Assembly: GCA_024228935.1 (NCBI GenBank)
Contig: JAAESX010000231.1
Span: 32,172-56,171, forward strand
DNA length: 24,000 nt
DNA from: Pseudomonadota bacterium
Lineage (GTDB): Bacteria > Myxococcota_A > UBA796 > CAJQPC01
Reading direction: 5' to 3'
The number at the start of each line of letters is the position of its first letter. Within the stretch, counting starts at the first letter, position 1. Below are positions 1 through 8,674 of the stretch, piece after piece. A model generated the notes under the pieces. That model did not search any database and was not told where the DNA came from. It saw only the letters and a list, made by a program, of their open reading frames with translations. The position numbers and the translations under genes were made by a program.

Positions 1-936
1 GCAGTCGATGACGCGGTCGCCGGGATCGGTCGCGAGCTGGAGGCAGCGACGCACCAGTCGCTCGGGCTTCTTCCCGAACTTGAAGCGGACCCCGCCCTCG
101 TTGGCGATGCCTTCCCACCGGATGTCGGTCCAGACGTTGGTCAGCGGCCTCGACGCGCAGCGCTTGCCGTCGATGACGGAGACTTGGCGGTCGTAGCAGA
201 TGAGCTGCTGACCACGCAGGACCCACTGGTCGTCCAGGCCGTCGCGGGGCACCACGAAGACGCGGTCGGGCGAAGCCTTGCTGGTGGCCTTGAGCGCTCG
301 GATGGCCTTGCCGGCCTTGGTGTCGGAGATGCTCGCCAGCCGGAACATGCGCGCGCTCTGCTGGACCCGCAACCGGTCGGCCTCCTCACCGCGGGCGACC
401 GAGCCGAGGGGGCAGAACGTCCAGTCGGTGACGGCGTCCTGTGGGTTCTCGAGCCACATCGAGTAGGCCCGGTCTGGCGCTCGCGCGACACGCAGGGGGT
501 TCCAGCGGAAGCGGCTCCGGTCTTTCGCGTACCAGAGCAGGTACTCGCTGGACTTGAAGAGCCCGCGGTTCACGGTCGAGAACTGGCTGGGGGCACGGGC
601 GTCGACCGTGATCCGGGCGATGAACGCGTCCGGGCCGAAGACCTCGTCGAGCATCAGCCGAAGCCGGTCCATCTCGTTGTCGTCGATCTGGACGAACAGC
701 GAGCCGTCCGGGCGCAGCAGGTCGCGCAGGCCCGAGCACGTCTGTCGCATCATCTCGAGCCAGGCCGCCCGGTCGCGGGCGTCGTCGTACTGCTGGCCGC
801 GACCCGCGGTGTTCCCGGTGTTGTAGGGCGGGTCGATCCAGGCACAGCGGACGGTGCCGGCGAACTGGGCCTCCAGCGCGGCGAGCGTCGGGATCGCCGA
901 GCCGTGGATCAGGTGGTTCGCGCAGGGGTCGAGCAC
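1..936 (-). CDS. DNA methyltransferase, beta-class N6-adenine/N4-cytosine family, Type III Mod-like; C-terminus cut by the window edge
   Basis: Absent from the supplied ORF track (no stop inside the window); found by translating the minus strand by hand. GTG at 936-934 is the first start after an in-frame TAG (948-946). From there 312 uninterrupted codons run to nt 1. N-terminus VLDPCANHLIHGSAIPTLAAL; motif IV WIDPPYNTGN (DPPY = 823-834); then LLRPDGSLFVQIDDNEMDRLRLMLDEVFGPDAF. At the edge, FGKKPERLVRRCLQLATDPGDRVIDC is the lead-in to AdoMet motif I (FxGxG), which must lie left of nt 1. Motif order IV then I is beta class, and the DPPYNT / IDDNE / GKKPE blocks are what I associate with Type III Mod (COG2189-type) enzymes. 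Confidence 0.85.
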   Translation of the reverse strand, partial: MLDPCANHLIHGSAIPTLAALEAQFAGTVRCAWIDPPYNTGNTAGRGQQYDDARDRAAWLEMMRQTCSGLRDLLRPDGSLFVQIDDNEMDRLRLMLDEVFGPDAFIARITVDARAPSQFSTVNRGLFKSSEYLLWYAKDRSRFRWNPLRVARAPDRAYSMWLENPQDAVTDWTFCPLGSVARGEEADRLRVQQSARMFRLASISDTKAGKAIRALKATSKASPDRVFVVPRDGLDDQWVLRGQQLICYDRQVSVIDGKRCASRPLTNVWTDIRWEGIANEGGVRFKFGKKPERLVRRCLQLATDPGDRVIDC

Positions 937-999
937 GTCGGGACCCTAACTTCCTGCCCGCCGGTAGCGGCGCCTGGCCCCCCTGGTGGCACACGGGGC

Positions 1000-1004
1000 G
1001 GAGG
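1000..1004 (+). promoter_or_regulatory. Shine-Dalgarno GGAGG, 6 nt upstream of ATG 1011
   Basis: gcGGAGGtgagtcATG read directly. The in-frame TGA at 1005-1007 rules out any longer N-terminus for the downstream ORF. Confidence 0.6.
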
Positions 1005-1010
1005 TGAGTC

Positions 1011-1478
1011 ATGGTCTGGTCCCTGATCGGATGCGTCGTGGGTGGTGGAGAGCAGACCTTCGAGGTGATGGAGCCCGTCGAGGCGGTCCACGTCGAGCTG
1101 GAGAACGGTGAGATCGACATCGTCGCGGTCGATCGCGAGGGCGTCTTCGTCGACTGGGATGGTGGCGGCATCAGCGACGAGGACCTGTTCACGGCAGATG
1201 TCGTGGACGGTGCGCTCGTGATCTCGTCGACGCGCACGGTGGCGTGCGGCGGCGAACTCTATGTCGAGGTCCCCCACGACACGGACCTGTGCGTGCAGCT
1301 GGCCGCGGGCGAGCTCTCGATCGAGGTCGAGCCGGGCGGCTGGGACCTGGATCTCGACATGGGCGCGGGCGAGCTCTCGGTCGTCGACGTGCACGATGAC
1401 CCCGCCGCGGAACGGTCGATCTGCGCTGTGGTGGCGGCCGGCGAGCTGTCGGTGCGGGGGAGCGAGGACGACGAGTAG
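1011..1478 (+). CDS. Small very acidic hypothetical protein with lipobox-like N-terminus (MVWSLIGC) and repeated G-E-L-S-V/I beta-strand motifs (DUF4097-like beta-helix guess)
   Basis: Track ORF of 155 aa with strong G/C at third codon positions and GGAGG upstream. Repeats GEIDIVAV / GELYVEV / GELSIEV / GELSVVD / GELSVRG. The function call is a guess from the repeat pattern only. Confidence 0.65.
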   Translation: MVWSLIGCVVGGGEQTFEVMEPVEAVHVELENGEIDIVAVDREGVFVDWDGGGISDEDLFTADVVDGALVISSTRTVACGGELYVEVPHDTDLCVQLAAGELSIEVEPGGWDLDLDMGAGELSVVDVHDDPAAERSICAVVAAGELSVRGSEDDE

Positions 1479-1512
1479 CTCAAGGCGTCTCGGCGCCGAC
1501 CGATGACGGGGC

Positions 1513-2355
1513 ATGTCTCGCATCTTCATCGGCGGCGCTGGCCGCAGTGGCACCACGCTCCTCGTCGACCTGCTCGGACTGCATCCGAACCTGTCGCCTA
1601 TCTACGAGACCGACTTCGTCGTGTTCTGTGCGCGCCTGCTGTCGGCGGGGGTGCCGACCGATGTGGCGGCCACGCAGATCGCCCAGTTCATGGAGCAGTG
1701 GACGCGCGGCTTGCCGCATCGACCGCACAACAAGCGGGCGCACGAGCGCTTCGTCCACGGGCCGCACCACATCCTCTTCGGCCGCGACACAGCGCTCCGC
1801 GAGACCCGCCGCTTCTGCGACGCCATCGCCGTCGGTCGCGAGGTCGAGGGCTTCCGGAACTTCCTCGACTCGCTGTTCGGCGAGCACACCCGCCTCGACG
1901 GCAAGACGCGCTGGATCAACAAGACGCCGGCGTACGTCCGCATGCTGCCCGTACTGCAGCAGGTCTACCCGGACATGAAGTTCATCCACTGCGTCCGCGA
2001 TGGCCGCGACGTGGTGGCATCGATCGTGACGCGTCCGTTCGGTCCGTCGAAGGTCGACGAGGCCGCCCGCTGGTGGGCCGGCTCGGTCCAGGCCGGGATC
2101 CAGTTCGCCAACGACAACCCGGAGTGTGTCCGCGAGGTCCGCTACGAGGACCTGCTGCGCGACCCGGTCCGGACGCTCGAGCCTCTGCTCGGCTGGCTGG
2201 GCGAGGAAGGCGCCGCCTCGATGCTCGGGGCCCACTCGGTCGGCCTCGACCCGTCCCGTGCGGGCGCGTGGCGGGCGTCGTTCTCGGCGAACGATGCGAG
2301 CGCGTTCGACAGCGAGGCGGGGGGCCTGCTCGACCGTCTCGGGTACGCCGCGTAG
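1513..2355 (+). CDS. PAPS-dependent sulfotransferase family protein
   Basis: Track ORF of 280 aa. N-terminal 5'-PSB loop IFIGGAGRSGTTLL and 3'-PB motif IHCVRDGRDVVAS, plus RYEDLLRDP. These are classic sulfotransferase-fold motifs. Confidence 0.85.
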   Translation: MSRIFIGGAGRSGTTLLVDLLGLHPNLSPIYETDFVVFCARLLSAGVPTDVAATQIAQFMEQWTRGLPHRPHNKRAHERFVHGPHHILFGRDTALRETRRFCDAIAVGREVEGFRNFLDSLFGEHTRLDGKTRWINKTPAYVRMLPVLQQVYPDMKFIHCVRDGRDVVASIVTRPFGPSKVDEAARWWAGSVQAGIQFANDNPECVREVRYEDLLRDPVRTLEPLLGWLGEEGAASMLGAHSVGLDPSRAGAWRASFSANDASAFDSEAGGLLDRLGYAA

Positions 2356-2358
2356 GGC

Positions 2359-2760
2359 TCAGCTCATCGCGGTGCGGGCCAGCCTCAGGTCCTCGTCGTC
2401 GTGGATCGGCACCGTGTTCGAGCCCTTTCCGCACTCGTCGCACTGCCCGATCTCGCAGATGCACCGGCAGTCCGTGCAGACGAAGTAGGGCTTCGGCGTG
2501 TTGACCAGCCGGTCCTCGAACGCCGGGTCCAGCGGCGATCGCTCCTTCAGCTTGAACTCGCCGTCTTCGGGGTTCCCGAAGACCAGCAGCAGCACGCCAA
2601 CGCCCACGAACGCCAGCGCCAGCGCGGGCAGCGCGATGAAGAAGCCGTTGGTCGAGACGTAGTCGATGGCCGTCACGGCCCCCAGCGCCGCGGCGATGGC
2701 GAGCGAGGCCACGCCGCCCTTGCGGCCGCTCGCGAGCAGGGCATCGATGATGGAGCTCAT
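2359..2760 (-). CDS. Small membrane protein: two TM helices plus a C-terminal six-Cys zinc-ribbon-like cluster
   Basis: Track ORF of 133 aa. Hydrophobic segments VASLAIAAALGAVTAIDYV and FFIALPALALAFVGVGVLLLVF. C-terminal CTDCRCICEIGQCDEC (nt 2431-2478). ATG lies 9 nt after the DUF58 stop. Last gene of the minus-strand array. Confidence 0.7.
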   Translation of the reverse strand: MSSIIDALLASGRKGGVASLAIAAALGAVTAIDYVSTNGFFIALPALALAFVGVGVLLLVFGNPEDGEFKLKERSPLDPAFEDRLVNTPKPYFVCTDCRCICEIGQCDECGKGSNTVPIHDDEDLRLARTAMS

Positions 2761-2769
2761 GCCCCGATG

Positions 2770-3606
2770 CTAACTGGCCGGGCCCAGGATCCCGCGGTCC
2801 AGCAGCACGCCGCACGACGTCTCCAGGTCGTCGTCGGCGCGAAGCGAGGCGAAGAGTCCGCCCCGCCGGCGGGCCTCCTCGGCCAGCCCGGCGTTCAGGC
2901 GGCCCAGCCGCTCCAGGTAGCGATCGACCGTCGTCCGATCCAGGACCAGCTCGACCTCGTCCTGGGTCTCGGCGTCGACGAGTCGGACCGAGCCGCCCAC
3001 CTCGGGCTCGGCGTCCCATGCGGACAGCACCTGGACCAGCGCGACCCGACCCGCGCGAAGGCCGCGGACGAGGGAGGGAGCTGCGTGAGGGGAGAGGAAG
3101 TCACTGATCAGGATGAGGAGCCCACCCGAGGTGGTGCGGACACCCGCCAGGGCCTCGACCAGGGGGCGCACCCCGACGAGCTCGGCGCCGTCGCCGAAGA
3201 GCTGGTCGGTGCCAGGGCGCTCGGCCCGGTCGCCCAGCAAGGTGACCCGCACGTAGAAGCCGTCCGCCGCGGCGGCGTGTGCGAAGAGTGCCGCCAGGTC
3301 GATCGCTCGCTGTTCCTTCTCGGGGTCGGTCGCCATCGAGGCGCTGGCGTCGACGAGCAGATCCAGGGTCGGGCGGACCTCCTCACGGTAGCGCTTCAGC
3401 AGCAGCTGGTCGGTGCGCGCGTACGCCCGCCAGTCCAGGTGCCGCACGTCGTCGCCGGGCTGGTACAGGCGGTGGTCGCGGAACTCCGTCGACGCGCCCG
3501 TTCCCTGGCCCGCATGGGTCCCGCTCGCACCCCGCGTCGGCGGCAGGCGCATCGACAGCGCGTACCGCTCGGCGAGGGCCAGCGCGTCAGGCCGGGGCCG
3601 AGCCAC
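2770..3606 (-). CDS. DUF58 family protein (vWA-like fold with MIDAS DxSxS), the usual MoxR partner
   Basis: Track ORF 2770-3636. Motifs G.H..G.G.EF.DHRLYQPGDDVRHLDWRAYARTDQLLLKRY (DUF58 signature) and LDLLVDASASMA (MIDAS-like). I prefer the GTG at 3606 because a GGAGG (3613-3617) sits 6 nt upstream. Alternatives are GTG 3636 (the track start) and ATG 3552. Confidence 0.8.
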   Translation of the reverse strand: MARPRPDALALAERYALSMRLPPTRGASGTHAGQGTGASTEFRDHRLYQPGDDVRHLDWRAYARTDQLLLKRYREEVRPTLDLLVDASASMATDPEKEQRAIDLAALFAHAAAADGFYVRVTLLGDRAERPGTDQLFGDGAELVGVRPLVEALAGVRTTSGGLLILISDFLSPHAAPSLVRGLRAGRVALVQVLSAWDAEPEVGGSVRLVDAETQDEVELVLDRTTVDRYLERLGRLNAGLAEEARRRGGLFASLRADDDLETSCGVLLDRGILGPAS

Positions 3607-5040
3607 CCGACGCCTCCGGGACGGCCTTCCGGGCACGGTTCAGCATCGCCAGCCCACGCATCATGCGAGGAAGGTTCACGAGGAACGTGACCGCCACGCC
3701 GATGACGATGGCGGGGTGGATCATGTTGTGGTCCCGCGTGGCCCACTCGATGGCGTAGATCGGGCTGCCGATGTGCTCGAAGTTCTCGAGGTCCCAGTCA
3801 TCGATGATGGCGCCGTACAGCGCAGGCAGGAACAGCGCGCACATGCAGAACGCCGGCACCGAGAACACGGAGACGACGCGCACCCACAGGTGGTGGGTCC
3901 AGCGCGCGAACGGCGCCGTCGGGAGGCCGACCGCGATGTAGAGGTACCCCGCCGCGGTCAGCACGCCGGGCACGTACTCCCCGGTCCAGTCCCGCACATC
4001 GATGGGCGGGACCAGGCACACGAAGAACACCATCGAGCCGAGCAGGACCGTCAAGTAGATGAACCCGTTGCCGGAGCCGGGCTGGAGCGGCGACGACAGC
4101 GCCGCGAACTTCTTTGGCACGTCGAGCCAGACCCGCCGGCCGAGCACCTCGGGCTCGGTCAGGAAGCCCATCATCGGGACCGTCAGCACGAAGCACAGGT
4201 AGGCGAACATCACCAGCGGGAGCTCGTCTTCGCCCGAGCCGCTGTACTGGACCCAGTAGACGCCGATGTGTCCGACGAGGCAGAGCGCCGCGACCAGGAT
4301 GCGCAAGGGACGCGAGCGGTTGGACTCGGGGTGGCTGATGCGGGCGACCGCGGCCGCGAACGCCAGCGCCGCGACGGCCCCGCCGTGGAAGACGATGGCC
4401 ATCCAGGCCCACTTGAACTCGTCGTCGGCCATCACGTCTGGCGAGCGGACCAGCTCCGAGCTCGCCGCGACAGCGATGCCGACCATCCACAGGAGCCCGC
4501 CGCCGATGACGGTCATCAGCAGGACGCGGAGCAGCTTGTTGGCGGTGAGCCAGGACGCCGCGATGGTCACCGCGGACAGGAACGCGCCGAAAAGGAGCGT
4601 GGTCAGCAGGATGACGCCGAACGCTCCCAGGTCCACGCCGGGCATCAGGAAGCCCAGACCGAGGAACGGCAGCAGCGCCAGGAAGAGCAGGCCGATCTGG
4701 ACGACCGAGGCCATCAAGCGGCCCTGCACGATCTGGCGTGGTGTCAGCGCCGTGAGCAGCAGCAGGTTGGTGCGCTCGGCGTCCCAGGTCCCACCCGCGG
4801 CGAGGAACGCCTGGAACGGGACCAGGCCCATCGTGCTGGCCGCGAGGCAGAAGTAGACGACGCCGAAGAAGACCGCGCCCAGCTCGTCGGGGTCGTCGAC
4901 CATTCCGAGCAGGAACGAGCCGATGATGGTCGCGGCCGCCAGCGCCAGCGCGTAGGTCCCCCAGAAGTACCGGCTGCGCAGCGCCTGCCGGACCTCCTTC
5001 ACGAGGATGGGGTTGAGGCGGTCGTCGAGCCACTGCATGG

Positions 5041-5044
<4 letters not shown>
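3587..5044 (-). CDS. ABC-2 type transporter permease-like membrane protein, about twice the usual size (roughly 12 hydrophobic segments)
   Basis: Track ORF of 485 aa. N-terminus MTMQWLDDRLNPILVKEVRQALRSRYFW is the typical ABC-2 permease lead-in. I count about 12 hydrophobic stretches by eye. ATG 5044 overlaps the ABC ATPase TGA (5041-5043) as ATGA. Confidence 0.7.
3613..3617 (-). promoter_or_regulatory. Shine-Dalgarno GGAGG, 6 nt upstream of GTG 3606 (inside the 3' end of the permease gene)
   Basis: Minus strand reads cccGGAGGcgtcggGTG. Confidence 0.5.
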
Positions 5045-5969
<925 letters not shown>

Positions 5970-5973
<4 letters not shown>

Positions 5974-7655
5974 GTGCCCTCCAGGACGCCGATGACCCAG
6001 TGCTCGCCGACCACTTCGCGGGGGTCCACGCCCTCGTCGTCGATGAACAGCGACGTGCCCAGGCGCGCGATGTAGCTGCCGTCGGGGAAGTCGAGCGCCT
6101 CGTGCGGCCAGACGGCCGACTGCCGCGTCGCCGTGTCGCTCTGCCACAGGCTCTCGAGCGCCGCGTCGATGTCCTCGGTGACCGTCAGCGAGGTCGCCGC
6201 GCCGGTCGCCAGAGGCTCGTCGAGGACGTACCAGGCGCCGCCCGAGCGCACGACGAGCTGCTCGATCTCCGCGCCGAGCGTGTTCGAGGCCTGCCCTCCG
6301 GTGAACTCCAGGCGCTCGCGGCGGGTCCCCTCACTGATGAGGACCTGGCGGATCGGCGCGCGGATCGGGACCAGGTCGCCGGAGACGACGCGGCCGCCAT
6401 CCCAGCTCGACTCGTAGCGGAAGTCCCAGTCCGGGCTGATGGGGAAGTGCCAGGTCCCGGGCTCGGGTCTCAGGCCCTTGCCTGGGGACAGGCCGAAGAA
6501 GATCTGCCGGACCGCATGGGTCGCCGCGGTGTGGTTCCGCTGGTCCAGCATCGTGATGCTGTAGCCGGCGGTCTGGACGCCCAGGCCGTTGTGGCTCAGC
6601 CCGTAGCCGACCATCAGGAGGGTCGAGCCGACGGCCAGGACGGGCGTCGTCACCAGCATCATCGACGGCCGCTTCAGGAGCTTCACGGCGAAGGCGTTCA
6701 GGGGCCCGAGCACCATCGCGACGCAGAACATCAGGAGCGCATACGCCCCACGGGGAAGCTGCTCGACGCCGGGGATCTCAGGCGCAGCTCCGCCGGTCTG
6801 GTAGGTGCCGCGAGGCAGGCGCTGGCTGATCTCGCTGCGGAACGAGGGCTGCACGATCGACTGGATTGTCAGCGGCTGCGCGGCCTCCTCGGGGCTGGCC
6901 ACGGAGAGCTGGCCCATGCCCATCGCCCAGGTGTTGATGCCCGGGAGCAGGCCCGCGTCGAGCCAGGGCTCCCAGGCGAAGCGGTCCTCCATCCACTCGG
7001 CGAAGACCGGCGCCGAGTGGACGTCTGCGGTGTCGCCCACGAGCACGACGGCGCCGCCCAGTCGGACCCATCCGGCGAGCCCTTCGAGCTGGTCTGCGCT
7101 GGGCATGCCTTCGGTGACGTCGACGATGACGAGGCCGAGCGACGTGTAGGCCCCGGGGTCCCGAGGCAGGTGGTCGAACGCGGCGGTCCCGGTCGCGTTG
7201 ACGTCCGAGAGGCTCAGCCGGTCGCGCCAGGTGTGCTCTTCCTCGAAGTCGTAGGCGGTCTTCGAGGCGAGCAGGACCGACCCCCGGTAGTCCGTGCCGA
7301 GCTCCGAGGGTCCCAGGGGAGACAGGGTGGTCAGCCACCGGCCCTCGTCCGTCACGGACATCGAGTGGCCCGCCACGTGTGGCATGAAGCTCGGGAGCAC
7401 GACCTCGAACTCGCGTCGCTCGCCGGGCTCGAGCTCGAGCACGCGCTCGGTGTTGCTCTGGTAGCCGTACGTCTCCGTGAACGTCAGCTCGATCTGCCGG
7501 TCTTCCTGGCTGGTGTTCTCGACCACGACCTGGACCGGGAAGTACCCGCGGTCCAGCCGCTCGGGCCAGGCGTACGTCGCCTCGACATGGATGCCGGACT
7601 TGGTGTCCGACTGGGTCGAGGCCGCCATCGCGGCACCCAGCAACAGCGCGGTCAT
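5970..7655 (-). CDS. Hypothetical membrane protein (561 aa): short signal-like N-terminus, about 300-aa exported domain, central TM hairpin, about 200-aa C-terminal domain; possible DUF4350/GldG-like segment
   Basis: Track ORF with good G/C at third positions. MTALLLGAAMAAS leader. A beta-sandwich-like stretch GYFPVQVVVENTSQEDRQIELTF. LGLVIVDVTEGMPSADQLEGLAGWVRLGGAVVLVGD resembles the spacing motif of DUF4350 / ABC-auxiliary (GldG) proteins (from memory). TM pair AYALLMFCVAMVLGPLNAFAV and MMLVTTPVLAVGSTLLMVGYGL. ATGA overlaps at both ends. Confidence 0.7.
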
Positions 7656-8674
7656 GCGACCTCGGGCGGGAGGGCCTCGGCGAGCTCGCTCACGGCGTCC
7701 AGGACAGCCGCGGCCACGGCCGGACCGTCGACGCCGTCGAGGCGGCCTCGGTAGTCGACGACGATCCGGTGGCCCAGCGCGTGGGGAGCGACCGCGTTGA
7801 CGTCGTCGAAGCCGACGTTGGGGCGGCCGGCCAGCAGGGCGTGGGCCCGGGCGGCCTCGGCGATGCCGATGGCGGCGCGGGGGCTGGCTCCGTACCGGAC
7901 GGAGCTCCGCACGATGTCGGGGGCGCCGATGCCATCGGGGTGCGTGGCGTCCACGATGCGGGCCGCGTAGCTGGCGACGGCCTTGGGCAGGAAGATGCGG
8001 TCGACGAGGCCGAACAGCTCGGTCAGGCGGGCGTGGTCGCTGACGGCGTGGGCCTCGGGGGGCTTGCCGCGTCGGCGGTCACGCAGCAGCGTCGTGAGCG
8101 TGTCGGCGCCCACCCGGTGGACGGACAGCTTGAAGAGGAAGCGGTCGAGCTGGGCCTCGGGCAGGGGGAACGTGCCCTCGAGCTCGATGGGGTTCTGCGT
8201 GGCCAGGACCCAGAAGGGGTCGGGCAGCTCGTGCGTCGTTCCGAGGACGGTGACGCTTCGCTCCTGCATGGCCTCGAGCAGGGCCGACTGGGTGCGAGGC
8301 GAGGCGCGGTTGATCTCGTCCGCCAGCACCAGGTTGCCGAAGACGGGGCCCTTGTGGAACACGAAGCGGCGCTGGCCGTCCTGCTCCTCGAGCACCTGGC
8401 CGCCCGTGATGTCGCCGGGCAGCAGGTCCGGGGTGAACTGGATGCGGGCGAAGTCGAGCCCCAGCAGGCCGGCGAGGCCCTTGACCAGCTCGGTCTTGCC
8501 GAGGCCGGGCAGGCCCTCGAGCAGCACGTGACCGCGGGCGAGCGCCGCGACGACGGTCAGGCGGACGAGCTGTTCCTGGCCGAGCAGGCGCTGGTTCAGC
8601 CCGTCGAGGAGGCCCTGTGCGAGCGCTTGTCCGCGCGCGACGTCGTCGGGGGAGAGGAGGTCCGAGGTGCTCAT
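7652..8674 (-). CDS. MoxR-family AAA+ ATPase
   Basis: Walker A EGLPGLGKT, Walker B LVLADEINRASPRTQSALLEAMQE, then VLATQNPIE..GTFPLPEAQLDRF and a C-terminal YGASPRA lid. True start is ATG 8674 (MSTSDLL), overlapping the upstream TGA (8671-8673). The 751-aa track ORF is an over-extension. Confidence 0.93.
   Translation of the reverse strand: MSTSDLLSPDDVARGQALAQGLLDGLNQRLLGQEQLVRLTVVAALARGHVLLEGLPGLGKTELVKGLAGLLGLDFARIQFTPDLLPGDITGGQVLEEQDGQRRFVFHKGPVFGNLVLADEINRASPRTQSALLEAMQERSVTVLGTTHELPDPFWVLATQNPIELEGTFPLPEAQLDRFLFKLSVHRVGADTLTTLLRDRRRGKPPEAHAVSDHARLTELFGLVDRIFLPKAVASYAARIVDATHPDGIGAPDIVRSSVRYGASPRAAIGIAEAARAHALLAGRPNVGFDDVNAVAPHALGHRIVVDYRGRLDGVDGPAVAAAVLDAVSELAEALPPEVA

Noticed and set aside
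184-1237. Track ORFs 184-1026 (+), 386-1237 (-), 141-491 (-) and 278-466 (+) over the left edge
   Set aside because: They are antisense or out-of-frame shadows of the methyltransferase gene (1-936, minus). Their composition is V/D/G/R/A-rich and they carry no motifs.
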